The notes: a model not told the origin generated them from the sequence alone. Shown: positions 22,454-31,179, numbered from the whole stretch's first letter. The stretch: DNA of 63,194 nt, filler included, from Octopus bimaculoides (GCF_001194135.2; 5 parts of 5 records of this genome joined end to end with filler, not necessarily neighbours in it), one strand, 5' to 3'. Made by a program: numbers and translations.

Positions 22454-25400
22454 TTAAAAAAAGAGAGATGAGAAATGAATTAGAAAAACGACTTACTTTG
22501 TGTAAAGCTACCTCTACGAATTGGTTCGTATTTCACTGGATTACAAGATATTATACGGGCTTTTGAACAGCGTCGATGACAGCAGAGACCACACACTACA
22601 TTTAGAGATAAAGGATGGAGAGAAAAAAAAAAGAGAGAGAAATCATTAGCAAGGTTTATTATTGCATATATATTCATGTTTATGAATTAACACACACACA
22701 CAAGCGATACACTGGTTTGAACAAGTTTTATCTAACTTTAAAAGAACTACCCTACGTCAATGAAACGTGATAGGCATAAGCATGGCTGTGTGGTAAGAAG
22801 CTTGCTTCCCAACCACATGGTTCCAGTTTCAGTCCTCTGTGAGGCACCTTGGGTAAGTGTTTTCTACCGTAGCCAACCAAAGCCTTGTGAGTGGATTTGG
22901 TAGACAAAAACTGAAAGAAACCCATCATCTACATGTCTTTGTGTCTGTGTTTGTCCCCCCACCACTGCTTGACGACTGGTGTTGGTGTGTTTACATCCTT
23001 GTAACTTAGTGGTTGGGCAAAAGAGACTAGTAGAATAAGTGCTAGGCTTTAAAAACAAAAAAATCCTGGGGTCGATTTGTTTGACTAAAACACTCAGTAA
23101 GTCTTGTGGACTTTGAAACAATGATGATTACAATATATGCTTGTGAGGTTGTTTTATTGTTCTAACAACTTAATAGATAACAGGTCTCGGGTAGTTTGCA
23201 ATTTATTGTAATCTTTTATACTCTGTTGTTATCTACTGAAGGCACATGGCTCAGTGGTTAAAGCATTGGCTCACAATCATGAGGTAGTGAGTTCAATTTT
23301 CAGACCAGGTTGTGCTGTATTCTTGAGCAAGCTACTTCATTTCACGTTGTTCCAGTTCCCTCAGCTGTAGAAATGAGTTGTGACATCACTGGTGCCAAGC
23401 TGTATCGGCCTTGGATAACATCAGTGGCGTGGAGAGAGGAGGCTGGTGAGCATGGACAACCGCTGGTTTTCTATAAACAACCTTGCTTGGACTTGTACCT
23501 TGGAGGGTAACTTTCTGAGTGCAATCCCATGGTCATTCATGTCTGACGGCAGAGTCCTTTCCTTTTCTACCTATCTAGCTAGCCACCATTACTTAATTGC
23601 ATTCTGTAGTTAATTATAAATCTTATTAAGACAGATGAGGCTGATAGATGCAGAAACCTACCTCGACACTGGAAGCCCTGATGCATGAGTCCAAACAAGA
23701 ACTTATTACAATAATGGCAGCGCTGCATGGAGGAAAAGTTGTAATCTCCAAACTGGTGTTCACAGACTTGACTCTCATCTGAAAGATGAAACAACAAGAG
23801 TTTAGTAGAGACAATGATGATAGAGTTCTTTATTAGGCCATGCAGGGCCAAACACAGAGGGGACTATACAATGTAGAATTTTTTTTTTTTCAAAACCGAT
23901 CAATAGGGAACAAAATCTTTTTGGAACGAGTACACAAAGAGATAACAAGGTAACATTTTAATAACAGAAATTCCTGAAAGGGAGAGGAAACATAACAGTG
24001 ACTAGGGTTATCTGTGGAAAGAATAGCTTATGAAAAAAAAAAACCACGATAACCTCTGATAGAAATAAACATGAAAGCAAAATGTCCTTTCTCTTTCTGT
24101 TTTATAGGTTCATGCTCAAAGAGAGTCTGCCATTCATGCGTACCATCTTTGCAACATTGAAAAAAAAACATAAAAACAAATGACTGACTAAACCAGTGGT
24201 TCTCAATCAGGGTCTGTATGACCCTTGGGGGTTCATATAAGATTTTGTTTAAACTTACATGGAGGTCCATATAGCCATTAACAGTCCATACAAGATTTTG
24301 CTGTTTAAATTGCTTACAATTCTACAATACACAAAGTAATTTAACAATTCCTGATAATATTTAATTAGAAAAATATAATGGGATTATTTTTTTTAACATG
24401 AGGTCCACTTGAGTAAAATATAAGTCAATAGGGTCCATAGGTAACAAAAAATAGTTGAGAAACACTGGACTAAACCTTCTCAAAATACATTCCATTCCAC
24501 ACATACTTTCAAAAGCCAACCAACCAGTCCTGTCTCTCTCTCTTTCACTCTGTAATTCTGAAATTAGTGTGGTTTGTTAACTTCACTTTCAGTCTAGAGA
24601 GGAAAGTGTTGAGAGGGTTGTTTGTAACAGAAGATACCTATTCCACTTACCACAATAATACTCGTCAAAGTCGTAGGTTCCTGAGGCAGGAAGAGGGTTT
24701 GTAAATTGGCGCTGTATATCGGTCAAGATTCAGACATAGGAAGAAAGAAAAAGTAAAAAGAAAGCTTGGTTATTAAAATAATTTACGTCAAAATATACTT
24801 AAACGAACATTGACAGACATCAAAGTCATAAGGGCAGGTGTTGCTGTGAGGTAAGAAATGTGATTCTCTGCCAAATGGTTTTGGGTTCAGTTCCACTGCA
24901 TGACACCTTTGGCAAGTATCTTCGATTATAGCCCCAGGCTAACCGAAGCCTTGTGAGAAGATTTGGTAGACAGAAACTGAAAGAAGCCCACTGTATGTAT
25001 ATGCATGTGTGTCCATGTTACTGTCTCCTTGCAAAACAGTTGTAAACGAGTGTCACCAGCATACAACCAGTTCCATGAAAACATTCCTGGTCATATGAAA
25101 GTATTACCTAACTTGGAAACACGTGAGGGCTGATAACAGGAAGGGCATCCAACCCATGCAAACATGGAAGAAAGGGGACATTGAAAGAAGGACAAAGAGC
25201 AAGAAGATAATTCATAAATACAGGCAGCGCCTTCTTCCTCTTCATTCTCATTTTTCACTCCAAATGGAAATCCAAGACAGGTGATGAGGGATTTGCCAAA
25301 GGGGAAAAAGTAGTTACCTTCTCTCTAACACAACTTTTTTCATCAAAAAAGCATTTTGCCTGGTGTGCTAACAATTCTGCTAGATCACTGCCTTAATAAT

Positions 25401-27581
25401 AATAATAACAATAGTAATGTTTCCTACAAAAGAGGCACATGGTCTGAAATTTGGTGGGTAGGGGGCCAGTTGATTACATCAACCTCAGTGTTCAGCTGGT
25501 ACTTAATTTATTGACCCCGAAAGGAAGAGAGGCAAAATCAACCTCAGCAGACATCAGACAGAAGACAACAGCCTGCCCAGCTGACAGCAATTCTATGCCT
25601 ATAAAATCTGACCAGCAACGCTTTACCAGTAGCACTCACGTTTTTTTTTTTGTTTTCTAATTTTGGCAACAAGGCCGACAATTTTGAGAGGGGATGGGGG
25701 TAAATCAATTAAGTTGACCCCAGTACATGAAGGGCTGCAAGGAAGGCCTAATGAGTTAACAACTCTGCCTGCTTGCAGCAGCAACAACAATCCTTTCTAC
25801 TAAAGGCACAAGGCCTGAAACTTTGGGGGAGGGGACTAGTCAATTACATCAACCCCAGTATTTCACTGGTACTTAATTTATCGACTCCAGAAGTATGACA
25901 GGTAAAGTCAACCTCAGTGAAATTTCAACTCAGAAATGTCAAGACAGGCAAAATGCTGCGAAGCAAAATAATAAACATTAAGACTCACCTGGTCTGGATT
26001 CCTTTCACAGAGTTCATCAATACAGACCAAAAGGGACTTTTTATGAAACTCATCTTTTATACCCATCTCCTGTAAACGATAGAAGTAAGAATAAAATAAC
26101 AATGAAATTAATAATGATGATGACGATATGAATATAAAATAACGACACGATAAAGGTGACTAAGTTCACCTTGATGGTGTTTGTTATTACCAGTATCATA
26201 ACATTTGTTTATACAGAAACAAGTTGGATACCAACAAAGCTACGACATGCCCTGACAGTTACTCAACACTCTGTATGGAAGTGTGTATACAGTATGGTGG
26301 TCCCAAAACATTGGGTACCAGACCCATAGGGTTTTCTGTGTCAAAAGCCGTTAAAAACAAGTCTTTGGGAGCCTCGTGAACAGGGATTTCAAAACCAGGC
26401 TTGGTTGAGATGTGCCAAGGTAACATGTACACAACACATGGGTGTGCAAGATTGGGGAAGCATGAAAGATAGCATCAACTGTATGAAAATAAGAAGCTAT
26501 TGGAGGTAATGGCATGTAGGTAGAAAAGTGTAGGAGACAGAGTAAAACTTTGAGGTACGCCATAGCTGAAGGAGTTTAAGTCAAAATGGACTCCTGCAGG
26601 ACACACCATAAGGTACAGATAATGTAGAGTTGGCAGAGCTCTGGACAGCAGCAGACTGAAGTGCCATAAGATTCAGGAGATGGCCTGAGGTAGGGGGAGT
26701 GTTGCATAGCATGTATAGGAATGGTGGGTGGTCATGATAAGACAGTGGTTAAATGACTCAACAGATGCTGAGATGGTATGGTTTGGCAAAGGCTGGGTCT
26801 TGGAAATGAGAAAATGATTAAAGGCGTTCAATGTGTGTGTGAGAGAGAGAGAAAATCAAGGATGCCCGTAAGAGGTGAAAATAATTGCTTAAACAGCACA
26901 CTGTTAAATGGTTGGGGTTAGGAAGAGCATCCAGCCATAGAAGCCATACGGCAACAGACAGTTGGGATCTGGATAGCTCCCTGCTAGCCAGCTCCATATG
27001 AAACCATCCAAACACATGGAGAGCAGACATTAAATGATGATGATTATTAGAAATTGTATTAAAAAAATGTTAAATAAGCAATTTATTGCAGATGAATTTT
27101 AACAGCAAAATCTTACAAGGACCCATACCAACACCCCACCACCACCACCAGGGCCACGTGGACCCCATTTGAGAACCACTGCTCTAGAGTTTGATATTTA
27201 GTCCAAGTTTTCTGTTTATCAACATCTTTTGAATTTGTAGGCCAATTTTTTTCCTTCTTTGTGGTCCCTTATGTAACAGTGGCCTCAAACCTTGTCTGGG
27301 ACAAAATCGTATATCAAAACAAAACAAAAAAAATCTTACAAAAACAAAGATAACAAAAAGAGTAAAGGAGGAAAGAAAAAAAAAGAGAAATAAATTCTGT
27401 AACAAACCATCAATTTTTCTTCATCTATATTCTTTAGTTCCATACCATTAATGTTTTTATCCCTAAACAATTCAGCATAACGATAAAGATTAAGGGCTGC
27501 CATCCAATCAGAAACGTTAGTTACTGTCCACTTCTCTAGACTCTGAAACAAAAAAAGTCATAAAATAAATAAATAAACAAC

Positions 27582-27624
<43 letters not shown>

Positions 27625-27809
27625 TTTGGGAAAAGGTTGATTGCAGTGCTCAACTGGTACACATCTTATCAACCCCCCCAAAAAATGAAGGGCAAAGTCA
27701 ACCTCAGAGGAATTTGAACTCAAAACATAAAGATGGACATGAATGCCAGTAACCATTTTGCCCAGCAGGTTGACAATTCTGCCAGCTTACCACCTTAATA
27801 ATAATAATG

Positions 27810-27854
<45 letters not shown>

Positions 27855-28301
27855 TATAAGGGCATAAGGCCTATAATTTTGGGGGAGGGGCGAGTCAATT
27901 ATATTGACCCCAGTGCGTAACTGGTACTTATTTCAGAGACCCCCAAAAGGATGAAAGGCAAAGTCGACCTCAATGGAATTTGAACTCAGAATGTAAGGAT
28001 GGATGAAATGCCACAAAGAATTTTGTCCAGCATGCTAACAATTCTGCCAGCTCACCACCTTAATAATAATAATAATAATAATAATAATCTTTTCTGCTAT
28101 AGGCACAGGGCCTGAAATTTGGTGGAGAGTGGGTAAGTCAATTACATCGACCTCAGTGCATAACTGGTACTTATTTTATCAACCCCAAAAGGGTGAAAGG
28201 CGAAGTTGACCATGAGGGAATTTGAATGCAGAACACAAAGACAGACGAAACACCTCTAAGCATTTTGCCTGGCATGCTAATGATTCTGCCAGCTCACCAC
28301 C

Positions 28302-28335
<34 letters not shown>

Positions 28336-28465
28336 GGAATTGCCAATAAAAAAAAACTTACCACACATTCATCAGGAGGTGACACATGAGGAGCCTGTTC
28401 TCGGCTACAAACTGCTTTTTCTATCACACCGTTCTGACAGCTTAAGTGACAACAATGTCCACAGC
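3518..28465 (-). CDS. PIK3R1-like: Class IA PI3K regulatory subunit (p85-like), partial multi-exon model: join(28362-28465,27408-27542,25989-26069,24651-24711,23662-23778,22497-22595,22043-22153,20613-20690,[missing],16285-16403,15788-15857,13718-13881,12717-12897,10379-10504,9681-9799,[missing],6607-6672,6012-6173,3518-3803)
   Basis: Hand-spliced exons with GT-AG boundaries and matching phases give [29 protein letters not shown] (nSH2), iSH2 [22 protein letters not shown], and cSH2 DGTFLIR...YGFAEPY...[26 protein letters not shown]. These are clearly homologous to p85alpha. Confidence 0.95.
3935..4740 (-). mobile_element. Head-to-tail stack of about 4 tRNA-derived SINEs (family 1, (TTA)n tail)
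   Basis: Repeated core catcgacccc...aaggatgaaaggcaaagtcgacctc.gcggaatttgaactc (reverse of the B-box-like GAGTTCAAATTCC), with copies separated by TAA runs. Confidence 0.9.
4842..5190 (-). mobile_element. RTE-associated short retroelement / LINE 3' end with (GAT)n tail
   Basis: catcatcatcgtttaacgtcc...ggatgcccttcct..gccaaccact. Related copies lie at about 12115-12405, 19290-19520, 20745-20850 and 26880-27045. Confidence 0.7.
5582..5990 (+). mobile_element. CORE-type SINE (family 2) with internal TA microsatellite
   Basis: cactgcgtggcaccttgagcaagtgtcttc core, an internal TA tract, then the gtaacttagcggtt...aagtactagg...aaacaagtaaaaga tail. Confidence 0.85.
6012..6173 (-). CDS. PIK3R1-like: p85 exon: start of cSH2
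   Basis: ctttgcag|T...TCTATTGT|gtgagt, 162 nt, phase 2-2. Encodes [53 protein letters not shown]. Confidence 0.95.
6607..6672 (-). CDS. PIK3R1-like: p85 exon: end of iSH2
   Basis: cattacag|A...GAAAA|gtaagt, 66 nt, phase 2-2. Encodes [21 protein letters not shown], which aligns with human WLTQKGVRQKKLNEWLG. Confidence 0.85.
6723..6815. repeat. 31-bp purine tandem repeat, about 3 copies
   Basis: agaaagatagagaaagggcaaaagagaagag repeated. Confidence 0.85.
6950..7670 (-). mobile_element. Helitron RepHel helicase (PIF1-like) fragment, degraded
   Basis: [13 protein letters not shown] (Walker A-like), [11 protein letters not shown] (Walker B), [17 protein letters not shown] and WLVQLGNG motifs across frameshifts and stops. 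Confidence 0.88.
9108..9500 (-). mobile_element. tRNA-derived SINE family 3, two tandem partial copies
   Basis: gttgtttatggaagaccagca...ccactgatgttatccaagggaaagg occurs twice. The same family is at about 11410-11740 and 23238-23560. Confidence 0.8.
9681..9799 (-). CDS. PIK3R1-like: p85 exon: iSH2 helix 1
   Basis: cttttgcag|GAG...CAAAA|gtaagc, 119 nt, phase 0-2. Encodes [39 protein letters not shown]. Confidence 0.95.
10105..10345 (+). repeat. Purine-only GGA/GAA low-complexity tract
   Basis: About 230 nt almost entirely A/G, with recurring gaaggggaggaagatgaa units. Confidence 0.9.
10379..10504 (-). CDS. PIK3R1-like: p85 exon: start of iSH2 (126 nt, phase 0-0)
   Basis: aaccag|TAT...TCACAG|gtaaaa. 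Encodes [42 protein letters not shown], 42 aa, colinear with human DQVVKEDN...YDRLYEEYTRTSQ. Confidence 0.92.
10871..11310 (+). mobile_element. SINE family 1, two copies
   Basis: aaggtggagagctggcagaatcgttagc head, gagttcaaattcc B-box, and ATT tail. Confidence 0.85.
11410..11740 (-). mobile_element. SINE family 3, near full length
   Basis: The reverse strand reads gaaggcacatgggtcagtggttatagtg...gttcgattccc (A/B boxes). Confidence 0.8.
12115..12405 (+). mobile_element. RTE-associated element with (GAT)n tail
   Basis: Reverse complement of the 4842-5190 element, ending ggacgttaaacgatgatggtgatgatg. Confidence 0.75.
12717..12897 (-). CDS. PIK3R1-like: p85 exon: nSH2 second half
   Basis: atttgcag|G...GGTCCG|gtacgt, 181 nt, phase 2-0. 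Encodes [60 protein letters not shown]. Confidence 0.96.
13354..13582. mobile_element. piggyBac-like MITE, degraded
   Basis: Homologous along its length to 55086-55305. Ends caacactttagcattt and atggtaaaggg are degenerate versions of the TIRs. Confidence 0.55.
13718..13881 (-). CDS. PIK3R1-like: p85 exon: nSH2 FLVR motif, interrupted by a 74-N gap (13751-13824)
   Basis: atattccag|A, then [18 protein letters not shown](GA), then NNN, then (C)[10 protein letters not shown](AG)|gtaagc. Confidence 0.93.
13925..15670 (-). mobile_element. Stack of about 7 SINE family 1 copies (with the Dong-like insertion inside)
   Basis: Repeated core as at 3935-4740, separated by TAA/CAA runs. Confidence 0.88.
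14557..14818 (+). mobile_element. 5'-truncated Dong/R4-like RLE non-LTR retrotransposon in a (TAA)n tract
   Basis: Encodes [49 protein letters not shown], followed by a short 3'UTR. (AAT)n lies on both sides. Confidence 0.85.
15788..15857 (-). CDS. PIK3R1-like: p85 exon: linker plus start of nSH2
   Basis: ccattgtag|AT...TCAAG|gttagt, 70 nt, phase 1-2. Encodes [22 protein letters not shown]. Confidence 0.94.
16285..16403 (-). CDS. PIK3R1-like: p85 exon: end of RhoGAP/BH domain plus proline-rich motif
   Basis: cattttttatag|A...CCCA|gtaagt, 119 nt, phase 2-1. Encodes [39 protein letters not shown]. Confidence 0.88.
16660..17113 (-). mobile_element. SINE family 1 variant, two tandem copies
   Basis: ttcttatttctttattgcc.acaa...ggacagacaaag.gattaagtc...gcaaag.cgacctc duplicated. 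Confidence 0.85.
17933..18245 (+). mobile_element. CORE-type SINE family 2 (3' two-thirds)
   Basis: ctatagcctcgggccgaccaaagccttgtgagtggatttggtagacgg...aaacaagtaaaagag. Confidence 0.88.
18610..18790 (-). mobile_element. Penelope-like GIY-YIG endonuclease fragment
   Basis: Encodes [36 protein letters not shown], matching the Y.GET.R.L..R..EH...S.IA.H pattern. Confidence 0.75.
19560..19800 (-). mobile_element. RTE-clade LINE C-terminal fragment
   Basis: Encodes [34 protein letters not shown], the same motif as in 45606-46170. Confidence 0.7.
20613..20690 (-). CDS. PIK3R1-like: p85 exon: RhoGAP arginine-finger segment
   Basis: gttttgcag|AG...TCTG|gtaagt, 78 nt, phase 1-1. Encodes [25 protein letters not shown]. 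Confidence 0.88.
20899..21117. mobile_element. Mariner-family MITE (about 220 bp)
   Basis: Ends ta-caagagcaatgctgaaaagttcc and aaagccagagtcttttcaccacccactca-ta are imperfect inverted repeats resembling the 51886-53114 TIRs. Confidence 0.55.
21269..21459. mobile_element. Hairpin MITE with about 70-bp inverted arms, embedded in a TA microsatellite
   Basis: ctatttgccaacataatgtggcag.cctggatgggac...tgtttag.cccag versus ctggggctaaacag...gtcccatccaggactgccacattatgttggcaaatag. Confidence 0.85.
22043..22153 (-). CDS. PIK3R1-like: p85 exon: start of RhoGAP
   Basis: aactctag|AT...CACA|gtaagt, 111 nt, phase 1-1. Encodes [36 protein letters not shown] (FGVDL and P.V...C...IE motifs). Confidence 0.92.
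22200..22410 (-). mobile_element. SINE family 1, full length, low divergence
   Basis: Complete head, core and tail. Confidence 0.9.
22497..22595 (-). CDS. PIK3R1-like: p85 exon: C-terminal half of C1 domain b plus linker
   Basis: aaatgtag|TG...CAAA|gtaagt, 99 nt, phase 1-1. Encodes [32 protein letters not shown]. Confidence 0.93.
22780..23100 (+). mobile_element. CORE-type SINE family 2
   Basis: ggctgtgtggtaagaagcttgcttcccaaccacatgg...ggcaccttgggtaagtg. Confidence 0.85.
23238..23560 (+). mobile_element. SINE family 3
   Basis: gaaggcacatggctcagtggttaaagc head, then gtattcttgagcaag core. Confidence 0.85.
23662..23778 (-). CDS. PIK3R1-like: p85 exon: N-terminal half of C1 domain b
   Basis: catctttcag|AT...CGAG|gtaggt, 117 nt, phase 1-1. 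Encodes [38 protein letters not shown]. Confidence 0.94.
24194..24467. mobile_element. hAT (Charlie-type) MITE with intact 8-bp TSD
   Basis: TIRs cagtggttctcaa / ttgagaaacactg. The TSD GACTAAAC is at 24186-24193 and 24468-24475. Confidence 0.92.
24651..24711 (-). CDS. PIK3R1-like: p85 small linker exon (SAM-C1)
   Basis: gatatacag|CGC...TGTG|gtaagt, 61 nt, phase 0-1. Encodes [20 protein letters not shown] and supplies exactly the phase change needed between its neighbours. Confidence 0.8.
25350..25960 (-). mobile_element. SINE family 1 cluster (3-4 partial copies)
   Basis: Repeated core motif. Confidence 0.8.
25989..26069 (-). CDS. PIK3R1-like: p85 exon: SAM domain second part
   Basis: cgtttacag|GAG...GACCAG|gtgagt, 81 nt, phase 0-0. 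Encodes [27 protein letters not shown] (MGI...H...I..L SAM signature). Confidence 0.92.
26350..26830 (-). mobile_element. Old CR1/L2/Jockey-group LINE reverse transcriptase fragment
   Basis: The minus strand reads [18 protein letters not shown] (compare the RT motif GVPQGSVLSP.LF), preceded by a degenerate KAFD.VWH-like segment. Confidence 0.55.
27045..27181. mobile_element. hAT MITE right end
   Basis: ttgagaaccactg followed by ctctagag, a Charlie-type target site. Confidence 0.6.
27408..27542 (-). CDS. PIK3R1-like: p85 exon: SAM domain first part
   Basis: tttgtttcag|AGT...TTGATG|gtttgt, 135 nt, phase 0-0. Encodes [45 protein letters not shown]. Confidence 0.93.
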
Positions 28466-29000
28466 CTACAACAACAAGAGAATCAACAATTGAATTACCA
28501 CTAATATTTTTGAAAATATATATATATATAGAGAGAGAGAGAGAAAAACATATCATTAACCATCTTGATAGCAATCAGCCTTAGGCTACCTCTGGTCCTT
28601 TGGTACAAACTTGCTTTTTTAAAGTGATTTAAACTAAAACCTTCCCTCTAACTTTAATGTTATGTTCCAAACACCAAGTTAATAATAGTAATTCTTTCCC
28701 CTATAGGCACAAGGCCTGAAATTTGGGGAAAGAGGATAGGCAATTACATCGACCCCAGTTCTCTACTGGAACATATTTTATCAACCCCGAAAGGGATAAA
28801 AGGCAAAGTCAACCTTGGCGGAATTTGAACTCAGAACATAAGGATGGGTGAAATGCTGATAGGTTATTTTGCCCGGTATGCTAATGGTTCTCCCAACTTG
28901 CCCCATCATTAATAATAATAATAATACTTTCTACTAAAGGCACAAGGTCTGAAATATTGGGAGAGGGGACTAGTTGATTACATCAACACCAGTGTTTCAT
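27625..29000 (-). mobile_element. About 5 SINE family 1 copies flanking the C1a exon
   Basis: Copies at about 27625-27800, 27850-28065, 28090-28305, 28695-28910 and 28927-29000, each bounded by TAA runs. Confidence 0.85.
28362..28465 (-). CDS. PIK3R1-like: p85 exon: C-terminal half of a first C1-like domain (C1a)
   Basis: tgttgttgtag|GC...TGTGTG|gtaagt, 104 nt, phase 1-0. Encodes [34 protein letters not shown], in phase with the SAM exon. Confidence 0.83.
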
Positions 29001-30091
29001 TAGTACGAATAGGACTCGAACCTACACCTATGTGTTTTCGCAATCAGTGTGCTACCATCTACACGGTGATCACTTATCAGCTTTAAGCTTTACTCCTTAC
29101 TCTTTTACTTGTTTCAGTCATTTGACTGTGGCCATGCTGGAGCACCGCCTTTAGTCGAACAAATCGACGACCCCCAGGAATTATTCTTTGTAAGCCTAGT
29201 ACTTATTCAATCGGTCTCTTTTTGCCGAACCGCTAAGTTACGGGGGAACGTAAACACACCAGCATCGGTTGCCAAGCGAAGTTGTGGGNNNNNNNNNNNN
29301 NNNNNNNNNNNNNNNNNNNNNNNNNNNNNNNNNNNNNNNNNNNNNNNNNNNNNNNNNNNNNNNNNNNNNNNNNNNNNNNNNNNNNNNNNNNNNNNNNNNN
29401 NNNNNNNNNNNNNNNNNNNNNNNNNNNNNNNNNNNNNNNNNNNNNNNNNNNNNNNNNNNNNNNNNNNNNNNNNNNNNNNNNNNNNNNNNNNNNNNNNNNN
29501 NNNNNNNNNNNNNNNNNNNNNNNNNNNNNNNNNNNNNNNNNNNNNNNNNNNNNNNNNNNNNNNNNNNNNNNNNNNNNNNNNNNNNNNNNNNNNNNNNNNN
29601 NNNNNNNNNNNNNNNNNNNNNNNNNNNNNNNNNNNNNNNNNNNNNNNNNNNNNNNNNNNNNNNNNNNNNNNNNNNNNNNNNNNNNNNNNNNNNNNNNNNN
29701 NNNNNNNNNNNNNNNNNNNNNNNNNNNNNNNNNNNNNNNNNNNNNNNNNNNNNNNNNNNNNNNNNNNNNNNNNNNNNNNNNNNNNNNNNNNNNNNNNNNN
29801 NNNNNNNNNNNNNNNNNNNNNNNNNNNNNNNNNNNNNNNNNNNNNNNNNNNNNNNNNNNNNNNNNNNNNNNNNNNNNNNNNNNNNNNNNNNNNNNNNNNN
29901 NNNNNNNNNNNNNNNNNNNNNNNNNNNNNNNNNNNNNNNNNNNNNNNNNNNNNNNNNNNNNNNNNNNNNNNNNNNNNNNNNNNNTATTTTAAACAGTATT
30001 TACAATAAATCTGACTAAATACTTCTTTCCTTTTTGTCTATGTATCGTAATACTAAATAAAAGTTTCAGAATACTGTGGCTCGTACTTTGG

Positions 30092-30130
<39 letters not shown>

Positions 30131-31179
30131 GATGGGCTTCTTTCAGTTTCCGTCTACCAAATCCACTCACAAGGCTTTGGTTGGCCCGAGGCTATAGTAG
30201 AAGACACCTGCCCAAGGTGCCACACAGTGGGACTGAACCCGGAACCATGTGGTTGGTAAGCAAGCTACTTACCACATAGCCACTCCTGCGCTTATAAAAT
30301 ATTATTACCTACAGAATTATAAAATTCAGCACAACTTTTCAAAAACAACGCAGAAAATATAAATACACACACACAGAGGAGGATCCCAGCTGGAGCAATT
30401 TTGATAATAAATAAGTCTGCTGGATCAGAGTTGGCCAGGGACTAAACAACATCTGGTTGTGTATGTATATATTAGTTGTTGGTGGTGGTTTTAGCAGAAT
30501 TCTGAACTTGACCAAGTCACAGAGAGGAACAAAAGCATCTGTAAACAGCCAAACTTTAACGCTTTTGTTCCCTGCCATTCCCCATCACCACCTAATTAAT
30601 TTTGAAACTAATAATGAATTTAGTAAAACAACTGTCTTTAATTAACCTGTTGCTTGGAACATAAACAATCATGAAATTTTGAGGAGAGGTTTTAATTAAG
30701 ATTGCTTTAAAACAAACGTCTTGTATTATAGAGTCAGGAGACAGTCTTTGATAGGGTGGTATTGAAAGGGTTAAGCAAAGTATCACAGTGATGTGGGAGG
30801 TGGGTACAAGGAACAAGTCAAAAGAAGAGCTTCTATATGGGCAATCTATTTGCTAGAAATAGCAGCCAAATTTTCCTGCTATCTTAAATAAATATATATA
30901 TATATATATATATAAAGGGAAGAACAACTAATAAAACATAATTTTCAACAAAGAGATAGAGACAGACAGATAGTGGTTATCGCCAGAATGTATTTGATTT
31001 TTAGAGCAGAAGGACTGGTGGCGGGATGACCAGAAGCTGAGTATCAACTCAACAAGACCCTTGTCCCAACCTGCATCAAAAAAAAAAGGGGGAACAAAAA
31101 ATAACAGTAACAAAAGCTAAAAGAAAACATAAGTATATATTACACACACACACACACATGTACATACATGCATATATAT

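Noticed and set aside
29003-29075. tRNA-like sequence on the minus strand (GTAGGTTCGAGTCCTAT T-arm)
   Set aside because: The acceptor and anticodon stems do not pair, so it is at best a decayed SINE head or pseudo-tRNA.
30928-31070. Strong acceptor (ttttgatgcag) followed by GWDKGLVELIL... as an upstream p85 exon
   Set aside because: There is no donor before the stop and no C1 or SH3 similarity; it could be UTR but is unsupported.
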